Assembly: GCA_965224485.1 (NCBI GenBank)
Contig: CBDCZH010000015.1
Span: forward strand, 128,001-192,000
Direction: 5' to 3'
DNA: 64,000 nt
DNA from: Arcobacteraceae bacterium
GTDB lineage: Bacteria; Campylobacterota; Campylobacteria; Campylobacterales; Arcobacteraceae
Positions within the stretch are counted from its first letter, which is position 1. Each line of letters starts with the position of its first letter. A program made the translations under genes and the position numbers. The notes beneath the pieces were generated by a model. That model was not told the DNA's origin. It was given only the letters and a program-made list of their open reading frames with translations, and made no database searches. Shown here one piece after another: positions 10,799 to 20,713 of the stretch.

Positions 10799-10807
10799 AT
10801 TATAACA
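10799..10807 (-). promoter_or_regulatory. Extended -10 promoter upstream of fliN
   Basis: TGTTATAAT (TGnTATAAT) on minus strand. Confidence 0.6.
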
Positions 10808-10891
10808 CAGTAAATTATCTTATTTATGTGTGCAATGAAGTATTCTTTGAATAAAGTAGTCTAATTAAACTAGATTTAATAAATGGCTATT

Positions 10892-11560
10892 TTATATAAC
10901 CATATCTAAGGACTCTAAAATACTTGCAACTTTGGATTCAATATTACCATCAAAATTTCCTAAATCACTAGCTATTACAACACCACCAGCTGTAACATTA
11001 CTATCTTCTAAAAGTTCAATAAAAGGCTCAATATCTAACTCACTTTTTAAAATAGCATAATCTTTAGGGTTTAAATGAATCTTGATTTTAGAAGCACTTT
11101 TTATCTTCCCTAAAATATTTGCTATAGTTTCTTTTGCAATACTAGAAGAATTTTCACCAACTTCAATATTAATAATTTTTTTAGCAATTGCCATTGAAGT
11201 TTTTAATAATTTTGTTTCCATTTGGAAACTTGCTTGTTCAAAAAATGTTGCATAATGTTTCAAGTCTTTTATAGCCTCAACTACTTGCTTATCAATTTCT
11301 CTTCCACTCATTCCATTATTTTCTAAAAGAGTCATTTTATCTTGAAGGGAGGAAACCATTACACTTAAGGCTTTTACTTCTGTTAAAACAGGATCAACAT
11401 TACCATTAATAGATTTTTCATTAAGTTTAGACACATCTTGCATACTAGCACTTTGATTAGAATCAACATTATTTAAAAAAGTACCTAATTGGTAATTCTG
11501 AACTGCATCACTATCTGATTTAAGTACTTTTGCATTAGAGTAAACATTATTCTTTGCCAT
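10892..11560 (-). CDS. fliH: Flagellar assembly protein FliH
   Basis: IHLNPKDY...GGVVIASDLGNFDG; after fliG. Confidence 0.9.
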   Translation of the reverse strand: MAKNNVYSNAKVLKSDSDAVQNYQLGTFLNNVDSNQSASMQDVSKLNEKSINGNVDPVLTEVKALSVMVSSLQDKMTLLENNGMSGREIDKQVVEAIKDLKHYATFFEQASFQMETKLLKTSMAIAKKIINIEVGENSSSIAKETIANILGKIKSASKIKIHLNPKDYAILKSELDIEPFIELLEDSNVTAGGVVIASDLGNFDGNIESKVASILESLDMVI

Positions 11561-12576
11561 TATTCTTCATCCATTTCTCTATCAATAACACCTTCTTCTA
11601 TCATCTTTTGTGCTATATCAAGCATTTTTCTCTGAGCAGCTTCTATATCTTTGATTTTAACTTTATTTAACATTTCAAACTCTTCTTGGAATCTATCTCT
11701 TGCTCTTTGAGACATTGATGAAGTTACTTTATCTAAAGACTCTTCTGTTGAATTTTTTAAAGCAATTGCAACATCATTCGACTCTACATTTTGTAGTATT
11801 TTCATAATATACTCATTATCAAGCTCTAATAAATCCTCAAATACAAACATATTTTCTTTAATTTTAGTTGCTAGTGAAGTATCAATACCATTAATATTTT
11901 TCAATATATCTTGTGATTTAGGTCCTAATCTATTTAACATATCAGCAACAACTTTAACCCCACCAACATCAACAATTGATGATAATAATGATTCTAATTT
12001 TTTCTCTAATACTGTTGATATGGTTCTAACTACATCAGGAGATACATCTTTAATCGTTGCCATTTGCATAGTAACTTTTACTTTAATATCTTCATCTAAT
12101 TGTTGTAAAACTTCAGCAGCACCAGGAGGATCCATATGAGCTAGAATTACAGCAATAGTTTGAGGAGATTCGTCTTTAATAAAATCACTTAATTGCTTAG
12201 GATTTATAGCATTTAAGTAAGTAAAACTCTGAGAAGCTAACTCCATACGAGAAAGTCTTGCTAATACTTCATCTGCCTCACCTTTTCCTAAAGATTTATA
12301 TAAAATATCTTTAGCATAATCATAACCACCAGTGCTTATGAAACCTTTTGTTCTACAAAGTAAATGAAATTCTTCTAATATAGCTAAAGAAGTGTCTTTA
12401 TCAATAGAATTAATTTGACTAATTGCAGTAGAAATATCTTCTACCATAATTTTAGGTAAAAATTGAAATATTTTTACAGTTGCATTTTCTCCAATTAAAA
12501 CAAAGAAAGTAGCAACACGTTCTACCATTGACATACCTTTTAATAATTCTTTGTTTTTATCATGATCATCTGACAT
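11560..12576 (-). CDS. fliG: Motor switch protein FliG
   Basis: ESPQTIAVIL, GGVKVVADMLN, MFVFEDL. Confidence 0.97.
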   Translation of the reverse strand: MSDDHDKNKELLKGMSMVERVATFFVLIGENATVKIFQFLPKIMVEDISTAISQINSIDKDTSLAILEEFHLLCRTKGFISTGGYDYAKDILYKSLGKGEADEVLARLSRMELASQSFTYLNAINPKQLSDFIKDESPQTIAVILAHMDPPGAAEVLQQLDEDIKVKVTMQMATIKDVSPDVVRTISTVLEKKLESLLSSIVDVGGVKVVADMLNRLGPKSQDILKNINGIDTSLATKIKENMFVFEDLLELDNEYIMKILQNVESNDVAIALKNSTEESLDKVTSSMSQRARDRFQEEFEMLNKVKIKDIEAAQRKMLDIAQKMIEEGVIDREMDEE

Positions 12577-12584
12577 TTTTCACC

Positions 12585-14306
12585 TTATCTTTTTAGTTTC
12601 TTGTTACCGTCATTTAAAAGTAACTCTATCATTTTTGCAACAGCTTCTGTATTATCACTAATATCTTTATCTAACTCTTCTATTAATACTTCATACTTTA
12701 TCATTCTCTCTTCATCTAAACCATCAAGATTACTATAAATCTGATTTCTCATTTTAGCTTTTAATTTGCCTTTTTCAGAATCAGGATCAAAACCATCTCC
12801 ATAATCATCATTATAAGCATCAAGTAATTCATCTGCTTTTGATTTTTTATCACCATCTACTTTATCACCTAAAATTATAATCTCATTATTTACTATAAAT
12901 TTTTTATAAAAAATAAGAAGTAAAATACCTGCAATTATATATTGTATATAATCTGAAAAATCTTTTAAAATAGATTTTATCATAGTTAAAGTATCAACAT
13001 TACTACCTTGAACGAGAGGATTACCATCTTCATCTAAAGCAAGATTTGAACCAGCTCCTAAATCTTTTAAACCTAAAAATTTAAAATCTTTTACAGTTAC
13101 CTTATCTCCTCTTTTTAAATCATAACCTATAGTGTCTTGCACAATTGAATTTAAAGAAGAGATAAACTCATCTTTATTTTGAATATCTTTTAAAACTGAA
13201 GAATCAAAAGTAACAGCCGCCGAAATTTTTTCTATTTTTGAAAAATTATTATCTGTGTAAGCTATTACTTTTTTAGATATTTCAAAGTTTGTTATATTTT
13301 TACTAGCTTCATTTGATGACTTAGACGAACCATCATTGTTTTTGGCATCTTTATCTTCAATATTATTTTCAACTCCAGCAATTCCACCACCACCAGCAGT
13401 TTTTCCCTCAGAAGAAGATATGTTTTCTGTTGTTTGCTGGCTTCTTATTGTTCCTTCTGGTTCATATATTTCTTCTTGAATATTTTGTTTTGAAAAATTA
13501 AGTTTTATATTAACTCTTGCAACTACTCTTCCACTTCCAACAAAAGGCTCAAGTAAATCTACTATTTTCTTTTCATAATCTTCTTCTAAACCAATTTTGT
13601 ATTTGTTTTGTATATTTAAACTTCTATTTTCTTGGTCATCTTTAGATTTTTCTAACATAGCTCCATCTTGATCAATTAAAGAAATACTTTCAGTTTTCAA
13701 ATTAGAAACAGCAGAAGAAATAAAGTTTTTTATTCCATTTATTTGTTTTTGTGTTAAAAAAACTCCTGGTTTTAAATTTAAAACAGCAGAAGCAGTAGTT
13801 TCAGCTTTTCTTTCAGTAAAAATTGAATCTTTTGGAATAGCAATTTTAACACTAGCTCTTATAACACCATTTAGTGATTCTAGGGTTCTTGATAATTCGC
13901 CCTCAAGAGCTCTTAAATATTTTACTTTATTTTCAAAATTAGTTGTACCTAAAGATGATTTTTCAAATATTTCCCAACCCACATGTTTAGATGTTGAAGC
14001 TTCTGAAGTTACAAGTTTTATTTTTGCAATATTAATAAAATTCTTAGAAGTTTTTAATGTTAAGGAATTACCACTACCAATAACAGCAAACTCAATGCCC
14101 GAAGCTTCTAATTCATCACTTGCCAACATTACCTGGTTTTTTGTTAAATTACTTGCAATTGTATAATTTAATTTTTTATCTTCTGCTTTAAGGTTAGAGT
14201 AAATTAATAAAGCAATTAAAAGAACAAATAATAAAGAAACTCCCCCCATTATTACTGCTCTTTGCGCAGAATTTAAATTATTTACAAATTTAAAAAGTTG
14301 ATCCAT
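12585..14306 (-). CDS. fliF: MS-ring protein FliF
   Basis: GWEIFE...RALEGELSRT, ASAVL; two TM segments. Confidence 0.95.
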   Translation of the reverse strand: MDQLFKFVNNLNSAQRAVIMGGVSLLFVLLIALLIYSNLKAEDKKLNYTIASNLTKNQVMLASDELEASGIEFAVIGSGNSLTLKTSKNFINIAKIKLVTSEASTSKHVGWEIFEKSSLGTTNFENKVKYLRALEGELSRTLESLNGVIRASVKIAIPKDSIFTERKAETTASAVLNLKPGVFLTQKQINGIKNFISSAVSNLKTESISLIDQDGAMLEKSKDDQENRSLNIQNKYKIGLEEDYEKKIVDLLEPFVGSGRVVARVNIKLNFSKQNIQEEIYEPEGTIRSQQTTENISSSEGKTAGGGGIAGVENNIEDKDAKNNDGSSKSSNEASKNITNFEISKKVIAYTDNNFSKIEKISAAVTFDSSVLKDIQNKDEFISSLNSIVQDTIGYDLKRGDKVTVKDFKFLGLKDLGAGSNLALDEDGNPLVQGSNVDTLTMIKSILKDFSDYIQYIIAGILLLIFYKKFIVNNEIIILGDKVDGDKKSKADELLDAYNDDYGDGFDPDSEKGKLKAKMRNQIYSNLDGLDEERMIKYEVLIEELDKDISDNTEAVAKMIELLLNDGNKKLKR

Positions 14307-14322
14307 TTATACCTTATCCTAC

Positions 14323-14730
14323 TTATGTTTTTTGAGATGATGCAATAACTGATTTAAACAGTTTTGAATCTTTTTTTATTGATTCTTGTAAAGCTTGGAA
14401 AATCATACTATTTTTAGCCATATCACCCATTTGTTGATCTAAACTTACATTATTTCCATCATTTTGCTCTTGTAAATTTTGAACTTCTATTAGGTATGGA
14501 TTAATTTTTGAATTTTCTTCTATCTCTTTACTAATATGATTTTTATCAGTGGTAACTAAGCTTAAATCATTTTTATCTTTTGCTTGCAATAATTCATGAT
14601 CAAAAACTAAATCTTTAGTTTTATAATTAGGTGTATTAATATTAGCAATATTACTTGAAATTACTTTTTGTCTCTCAGCTCTAAAATTAAGTTGAGAAAA
14701 TAAGGTTGAACTAACTTCACTAGCATGCAT
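14323..14730 (-). CDS. flgB: Basal body rod protein FlgB
   Basis: ISSNIANINTPNYK; DGNNVSLD. Confidence 0.95.
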   Translation of the reverse strand: MHASEVSSTLFSQLNFRAERQKVISSNIANINTPNYKTKDLVFDHELLQAKDKNDLSLVTTDKNHISKEIEENSKINPYLIEVQNLQEQNDGNNVSLDQQMGDMAKNSMIFQALQESIKKDSKLFKSVIASSQKT

Positions 14731-14732
14731 AA

Positions 14733-15446
14733 TTACCTTCTTCCAAGTTTTTGTATAAGTTTTCTATTAAGCTCATCTATGCCTTTTACAGCTTTTTGAG
14801 CTTGTTCAAAAAGTCTATGTGCTTCAATTAAAGATACCATAGCAGTAACTGAGTTTACATTTGATTTCTCCAATGCGCCTTGAAGTATATGCTCATCTGT
14901 ATTTTCAATAACTTCAATTTGATTTATATTTTTTGCTCTATAATTATTATCACCTGTTTTATCTAAATTTTTAAAATCGATTTTTGAAACTCCAAGATTT
15001 AAGGAAAACCCTTCTGTTACACTTAAAGGTTCACCATCCGAACTTAATACTGCAGCTCCTGTATTGGTAACTAAAGCACCATCAAGATTTTTAAAAGAAC
15101 CATCTCTTGTATATAATGTTTCTCCATTAAGACCTCTAACCATAAAAAATGTATCTTTATGATTTAAAGCAAAATCCATTTCATTTCCAGTAGGAACAAC
15201 AGCCCCTTGCACACTTGAAATATATTTTCCATCAATTTTTGGAACAGTATTAGTTATAGTATTTAAAGTAGAAATATATTCACTCTTATTTTTAGCCTTA
15301 CTCAAATAGTTATTAAATGAGCCCTCAACTAAACCTTCTTGTTTAAAACCAGTAGTATTAGCATTTGCTAAAGTATTAGAAATAGTATCAACTCTATTAA
15401 GCTGATTTATCATTGAAGCAGCTAAAGAATATGTTCCTTGATTCAT
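14733..15446 (-). CDS. flgF: Basal body rod protein FlgF
   Basis: LANANTTGFK, YTRDGSF, LEKSNVN. Confidence 0.8.
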   Translation of the reverse strand: MNQGTYSLAASMINQLNRVDTISNTLANANTTGFKQEGLVEGSFNNYLSKAKNKSEYISTLNTITNTVPKIDGKYISSVQGAVVPTGNEMDFALNHKDTFFMVRGLNGETLYTRDGSFKNLDGALVTNTGAAVLSSDGEPLSVTEGFSLNLGVSKIDFKNLDKTGDNNYRAKNINQIEVIENTDEHILQGALEKSNVNSVTAMVSLIEAHRLFEQAQKAVKGIDELNRKLIQKLGRR

Positions 15447-15465
15447 TTTATAACCTTTTTAATAT

Positions 15466-16497
15466 CTATTTTCCAAATTCAGAAATTAATGATTCTAAAT
15501 CTTCATCTGCTAATAAATCGTCAGAATTATCACCATGAATATGCTTAGCTACAATAATTTCATTTTCAGGAGTATCATCTTCAAATAAATTATTTAAGTA
15601 TGAAGATAATTTTCTAATTACAGACATAACTCGTTCAATCTTTTGTCTATTGATATCATTAAATTGCATTAATTCCATTGCTCCAAATATTTTCATATTT
15701 TCAGCATCAATTCCTTTTAATAAATTCACATTTCCATTTTTACTTGAAATAGCCAAATCAAGATTTTCTTTGAATTCAGGAATATTTGGAAATTTATTAT
15801 TTAATTTTGTTAATAAAACAATCTGCTTTTCAACAAAATCCATATTCTTTTTTATCTCTTTAGAAGAATCATCATTATTGTCTAATACTAAACTTAAAAC
15901 ATCAAAAATTTGTAAAGATTTTTCTTCTGTATCATTTGCAACTTCACTTAACTGGCTTACTACTTTAGTATCTTCATCAGCAGGAAAAGGAAAAACACCT
16001 TCTTGTATCTTAGTTTCAGCCCATTCTTTTCCAGATTCTTCATGTGAAATTGTTTTAGCTAATTCTTCTTCTTTTTGTTCTACTTCTTCTTTTTCTAAAG
16101 GAATATTATCTACACTATCAACAGTAGAAGTATCCATATTTTCAATTGAGGCTAAAATATCATCAATATTTTCACTATTTTCAGCATTGTCTTGTGTTGC
16201 ATCAAGTTCTTTTATTAAACTATCTACATCTAATTCCCCACTAGCTTCAGAATCATTATTTGAAACTACATCAAGTTCTTTTAAAATATCATCAACATTA
16301 GTATCTTCTTCTTCTTTTGCTACTTCTACAGGATTACTAATTTCTTCACTTAAATCAGTTTGTGCAATTAAATCAGCAATGTCATTTTCAGACATAGAAG
16401 TATTAGTATTTTCTTCTTCAGCTGCTGCTGATGCTTCATCTTCAGCCAAATCAATACCATTCATTAATGATTCTATTTCTTCTTGACTCATACTCAT
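15466..16497 (-). CDS. cheZ: CheZ-like phosphatase (Campylobacterota type) with long acidic N-terminus
   Basis: MQFNDINRQKIERV (DxxxQ motif); C-terminal DLESLISEFG; next to cheY. Confidence 0.75.
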   Translation of the reverse strand: MSMSQEEIESLMNGIDLAEDEASAAAEEENTNTSMSENDIADLIAQTDLSEEISNPVEVAKEEEDTNVDDILKELDVVSNNDSEASGELDVDSLIKELDATQDNAENSENIDDILASIENMDTSTVDSVDNIPLEKEEVEQKEEELAKTISHEESGKEWAETKIQEGVFPFPADEDTKVVSQLSEVANDTEEKSLQIFDVLSLVLDNNDDSSKEIKKNMDFVEKQIVLLTKLNNKFPNIPEFKENLDLAISSKNGNVNLLKGIDAENMKIFGAMELMQFNDINRQKIERVMSVIRKLSSYLNNLFEDDTPENEIIVAKHIHGDNSDDLLADEDLESLISEFGK

Positions 16498-16513
16498 AAC
16501 AAACCTTTTTTAT

Positions 16514-16885
16514 TTACTTTTTAAATACGCCGTCTAATTTTTCTTTTAATATTTCTGCATTAAATGGTTTTACAATATAATTATTTACTCCTGCTTTTAA
16601 AGCAGTAATAACTTCACCCTTCCCGCCTTCTGTTGTAATCATGATAATTGGAGTTTTCATATGTGCCCCAGAAGCTCTAGTTTTTTTAACTAAATCTAAA
16701 CCATTCATATTTGGCATATTCCAATCTGTTAAGATAACATCGTATTGGCTTTGTTCTAATAACTTCCATGCTTTAACTCCATCTTCAGCTTCATCGAAAT
16801 CTTCTTTTGAATAACCCAATTGTGTAACAACATTACCAATAATTCTTCTCATTGTTGAACTATCGTCAACTATTAATATTTTCAT
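16514..16885 (-). CDS. cheY: Chemotaxis response regulator CheY
   Basis: VDDSSTMRRI, TDWNMPNMNG, YIVKPF. Confidence 0.95.
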   Translation of the reverse strand: MKILIVDDSSTMRRIIGNVVTQLGYSKEDFDEAEDGVKAWKLLEQSQYDVILTDWNMPNMNGLDLVKKTRASGAHMKTPIIMITTEGGKGEVITALKAGVNNYIVKPFNAEILKEKLDGVFKK

Positions 16886-17083
16886 TTTCTGCCCTCAATA
16901 ATATTTAATTTAAAATTTTATATATAATATAATGAATTTGTTTTAAATATACTTAATATAAAATCTCATATATAAAAATTATTCATCAATTAATAATATT
17001 TAGCAAAATAATTTACTTAATTTATCTAATTTTAAAAGTTCTTTAATTATAATCTATTCAATATATACAAAAAAGGATTTCTT

Positions 17084-17872
17084 ATGATTAGAGGTTTATA
17101 TACAGCAGCAACAGGAATGAACGCCCAGCAGCACCAAATTAACGTAACATCTAATAATATTGCCAATGTAAATACAATGGGATTTAAAAAAGATAGAGCA
17201 GAATTTCAAGATTTAATGTACGATTCATTAAATTTTACAGCAGGAGCTACTTCTGAATCAAGTAGAAACCCTACAGGTATGGATGTAGGTCTTGGAGTTA
17301 GGGTATCTGGAATTCAAAAAAACTTTACTGTAGGTGATTTTAAACCTACTGGAAATACTCTTGATGTTTCTATTGAAGGAAAAGGTTTCTTTCAAATAAC
17401 AACTCCAAACGGAGAAACAGCATATACAAGAAATGGAGCTTTTAAACTTGATTCTGAAGGAGCTATTGTAAATGGAAATGGATATAAACTAGAACCAGAA
17501 ATAGTAGTACCTGCAAATTTAACAAAACTTACAATTGCAAAAGATGGTATGGTTTCAGCAACTGATCCAACAACAGGAACAGTGCAAGAATTAGGTCAAA
17601 TTACAATTAGTGATTTTATTAATCCTGCTGGTTTAACACCGTTAGGGGAGAGTATGTTTCAAGCAAGTTCTGCTTCAGGTGATCCAATTGAAGCTAATCC
17701 AGGAAGTGATCAATTAGGTAGTCTAAGACAAGGATTTATTGAGTTATCTAATGTTTCTTTAGTTAATGAAATGGTTGATTTAATTACAGCTCAAAGAGCT
17801 TATGAAGCAAATTCTAAATCAATTTCAACAACAGATGATATGTTAGCTATTGTAAATAGATTAAAAAATTAA
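17084..17872 (+). CDS. flgG: Distal rod protein FlgG
   Basis: NNIANVNTMGFKKDRAEFQDLMY; QRAYEANSK. Confidence 0.97.
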   Translation: MIRGLYTAATGMNAQQHQINVTSNNIANVNTMGFKKDRAEFQDLMYDSLNFTAGATSESSRNPTGMDVGLGVRVSGIQKNFTVGDFKPTGNTLDVSIEGKGFFQITTPNGETAYTRNGAFKLDSEGAIVNGNGYKLEPEIVVPANLTKLTIAKDGMVSATDPTTGTVQELGQITISDFINPAGLTPLGESMFQASSASGDPIEANPGSDQLGSLRQGFIELSNVSLVNEMVDLITAQRAYEANSKSISTTDDMLAIVNRLKN

Positions 17873-17882
17873 TTTTAGGTAA

Positions 17883-18317
17883 TTGATGAATTTAGAAGAA
17901 TTAAAAAACATTAGAAAAGAAAATTTTTCCTTACATAAGAAAAAGAAAAAAGAGTATTATCTTAAAAATAAAATGAAAAATCTTTCTTCTAAAAAAATAA
18001 TTGCAAAAAAAGTTCATGATTATGAGCAAGATTTAAGTGAAGAGAACTTTGAACTTAAGATAAAAGAGATTATAAAGAACCAAAAAGCACATGTAGATAG
18101 TAGAAAAGACAAAATTATTGCAAAAATGAAAGAGTATAAAGATAAAAAACAAGAGTATTACAAAGAAAATAAAGAAAAAAGACTTGTTTATGACAAAGAG
18201 TATAGAGATAGTAAAAAAGAAGAGTTAAAAGAATATAGAAAAAAGTATTATGAACTAAATAAAGAAGAAATTTTAAATAAACAAAAAGAAAAAAGAAATC
18301 TAAAAAAAGAGAAATAA
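17883..18317 (+). CDS. Lys/Glu/Tyr-rich helical hypothetical protein
   Basis: Repeated EYYxxNKE-like motif; apparently co-transcribed with flgG. Confidence 0.65.
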   Translation: MMNLEELKNIRKENFSLHKKKKKEYYLKNKMKNLSSKKIIAKKVHDYEQDLSEENFELKIKEIIKNQKAHVDSRKDKIIAKMKEYKDKKQEYYKENKEKRLVYDKEYRDSKKEELKEYRKKYYELNKEEILNKQKEKRNLKKEK

Positions 18318-18318
18318 T

Positions 18319-19584
18319 ATGGCAACAAATGAAGAAAAAACAGATGAAGAGATGATGAAAGATTTAGAACTTGATAGTGATGATCAAATAAATCAAGATG
18401 AATTACCTCTTAGTAGTAATAATGAAGAAGAAGATATTGTTCTAAATGAAGATTCAGATGAACTTAGTATCTCTTCCAGTGATGATGAAATAGCTTTAGA
18501 TACTAATGAAGATGACGATTTATTATCAGAAGATAATAATGAAGAAAATGAGATGAAAGACTTTGAATTAGAAGAGATGCAAGATGAAGAAGATGAAGAT
18601 ACAGGTTCGTTACAAGTAAAACAATCAAAGTTAAAAAGAATTTTAATGATGGTTATAACTGGACTGGTTATTGTAATATTCTTAGGTTTCATACTCTTTT
18701 TACTTGGAGTTTTTGATGAAGAAGAGGTAAAAGTAAAAGAAAATAAAATGCCTACTAAAAAAGAACTTGTTAAAAAATCATTTGATTTTAAGGAAAAAGA
18801 TATTGACCTTAATAGATTAAATAAGAAGTTAAACTTATTAACTAAATATGAGATAATTGAAGATGAAAAACAAGCTAAATCATCTGAAAAAGAAAAAGAA
18901 GCATTTGAAAAACAAACAAAAGAAGAGAAAGATCAAGAAAGACAAGAAAAAATAAATACTATAAAAGAACAAGAAAATCTAAAAATAAAAGAGATGATTG
19001 AAGCTGCAAAAGAAGAAGCAAGAGCAGAATTAATAGCAGAACAATTTAAAGAAAGAGAAGCTAGCCTAAAAGAAGATGCTAAAAAACAAGAAAATATAAA
19101 TATTCTTGCAAAAAAAGAAGAACTTTTAGATAATTTAGAAAAACAAGTTCAAGCTATAAAAAAAATAGATGCAGAAAGTAAAGATGTTATTGTAGTTCAA
19201 GATGAAGAAAAGACTCTTGAAAAAGAAGATATGAACAAAGAAGAAATTAACACAGAAGAAAATACAGATATAGTAGAAGAAGAGGAAAACATAAGTCAAA
19301 ATGAAGAAGTAATACAAGAAGTGAAAAATAAAGAATTTATTAAATTTATTTCAATAGAAACTAAAAAGAAAAATATTTATAAATCATTTTTAAATGAAAT
19401 TGAAAAAATTGATAATAATATTACCTTATGTAGAAATAATAAAAATCAAATAGAGGTATTAATTGGACCTTTTTTAGAAAATGAAAACAGAGATATGATT
19501 TTAGATACATTTATACAAAATGATATTTCAGCTTTAGCAATAGATTTCACACAAGAAGAGTTTATTAAGAGATGTGAGTATTAG
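18319..19584 (+). CDS. Bitopic protein: acidic N-terminus, TM, coiled coil, possible SPOR-like C-terminus
   Basis: TM ILMMVITGLVIVIFLGFILFLLGVF; C-terminal EVLIGPF. Confidence 0.65.
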   Translation: MATNEEKTDEEMMKDLELDSDDQINQDELPLSSNNEEEDIVLNEDSDELSISSSDDEIALDTNEDDDLLSEDNNEENEMKDFELEEMQDEEDEDTGSLQVKQSKLKRILMMVITGLVIVIFLGFILFLLGVFDEEEVKVKENKMPTKKELVKKSFDFKEKDIDLNRLNKKLNLLTKYEIIEDEKQAKSSEKEKEAFEKQTKEEKDQERQEKINTIKEQENLKIKEMIEAAKEEARAELIAEQFKEREASLKEDAKKQENINILAKKEELLDNLEKQVQAIKKIDAESKDVIVVQDEEKTLEKEDMNKEEINTEENTDIVEEEENISQNEEVIQEVKNKEFIKFISIETKKKNIYKSFLNEIEKIDNNITLCRNNKNQIEVLIGPFLENENRDMILDTFIQNDISALAIDFTQEEFIKRCEY

Positions 19585-19609
19585 TAGTAAAAACTACTAA
19601 TAGGATGTT

Positions 19610-20134
19610 TTAGCTACTCTGTAGGACGGCTAAAGCATCTTTTACTATAATATTTTTATCTTTTATATCTACACTTATTATATATAGATCAATATAAGGG
19701 ATTAGAAAAGTTTTAGCTAAACCTTTTTCTACTAAAACACTTGCTGTTTCGATTTCTAAATAATCGCTACTTGGGTATCTGTGAACATCAATTACTTTTC
19801 CTAAAAGGATATCATCTTCTTTAACTAAACAATTTTCAATATCAAACCAGAAATACTGTTTATTTGATAAATTACAATTTTTTATAGTTTCTTCATAAGA
19901 TGTATAAAGTTCTTGATTTGTGAGTTTTTTTGCATCATCAATATTATTAATTGATTTAAATTTTATAGTTCCTCTTTTATCATTAAAAGATAAAACTTCT
20001 AAGTTAATTTTGTTTTTTGTTGTAAAACAAGCGCCTACTTTGAACTGCTCTGGAAAATCAGACTCCAGATGAATTTTAAGTTCACCTTGAAGTCCAACTG
20101 TTTTTCCTAATTTTGCTATATAAATACTATTCAT
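19610..20134 (-). CDS. rimM: 16S rRNA processing protein RimM
   Basis: GKTVGLQGELK, YFWFDI, FLIPY. Confidence 0.93.
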   Translation of the reverse strand: MNSIYIAKLGKTVGLQGELKIHLESDFPEQFKVGACFTTKNKINLEVLSFNDKRGTIKFKSINNIDDAKKLTNQELYTSYEETIKNCNLSNKQYFWFDIENCLVKEDDILLGKVIDVHRYPSSDYLEIETASVLVEKGLAKTFLIPYIDLYIISVDIKDKNIIVKDALAVLQSS

Positions 20135-20141
20135 TTAAAAC

Positions 20142-20381
20142 CTATTTCGCCAAAACTTGAATTTTATAAGATACACCATCTTTTGCCTTGCATCCATTTG
20201 CCATAGTTTTTAAAGCATTTATCATATTTCCGTTCTTTCCTATTAATTTACCAATATCTTTGCTATTAGCAATAACAGTGATCTCACAGAAGCTATCATC
20301 AATCTTTTCCATAGAAATACTTACATCTTGGGGAGAACTTACAATCAACTTTGCATAATTTTTAATGAAATCTGTAATCAT
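20142..20381 (-). CDS. khpA: KH-domain RNA-binding protein
   Basis: DIGKLIGKNG; between rpsP and rimM. Confidence 0.9.
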   Translation of the reverse strand: MITDFIKNYAKLIVSSPQDVSISMEKIDDSFCEITVIANSKDIGKLIGKNGNMINALKTMANGCKAKDGVSYKIQVLAK

Positions 20382-20395
20382 ATTAGCTCTTTAAA

Positions 20396-20623
20396 TTATT
20401 TAGCTGCTAATTTTGCAACTTTTTCACTTGCTTTAGCTCCAACACCTAACCAGTACTCATATCTTTCTTTATCAAGTTTAAGAACTTTTGGTTCTGATAC
20501 TGGGTTATAGTATCCAATTGATTCAATCCAACCTGAATCTCTTCTTTTTCTTGAATCTGTTACAACGATTCTATAAAACGGTTTCTTGTTTCTACCCATT
20601 CTTGTTAGTCTAATTACTGTCAT
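20396..20623 (-). CDS. rpsP: 30S ribosomal protein S16
   Basis: [22 protein letters not shown]. Confidence 0.98.
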   Translation of the reverse strand: MTVIRLTRMGRNKKPFYRIVVTDSRKRRDSGWIESIGYYNPVSEPKVLKLDKERYEYWLGVGAKASEKVAKLAAK

Positions 20624-20713
20624 GTTATTTTCCTTTTATTTATACTTAATTTTATAGTATTGAGCTCTAAACTCCATTAAGTTTACAATTCAATACTAAT
20701 AAAACACTAAAAC

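Noticed and set aside
15650..16486. 278-aa plus-strand ORF and other antisense ORFs (e.g. 23279, 27931, 37097, 38980)
   Set aside because: Shadows of real genes on the opposite strand; Ser/Phe-rich with no motifs
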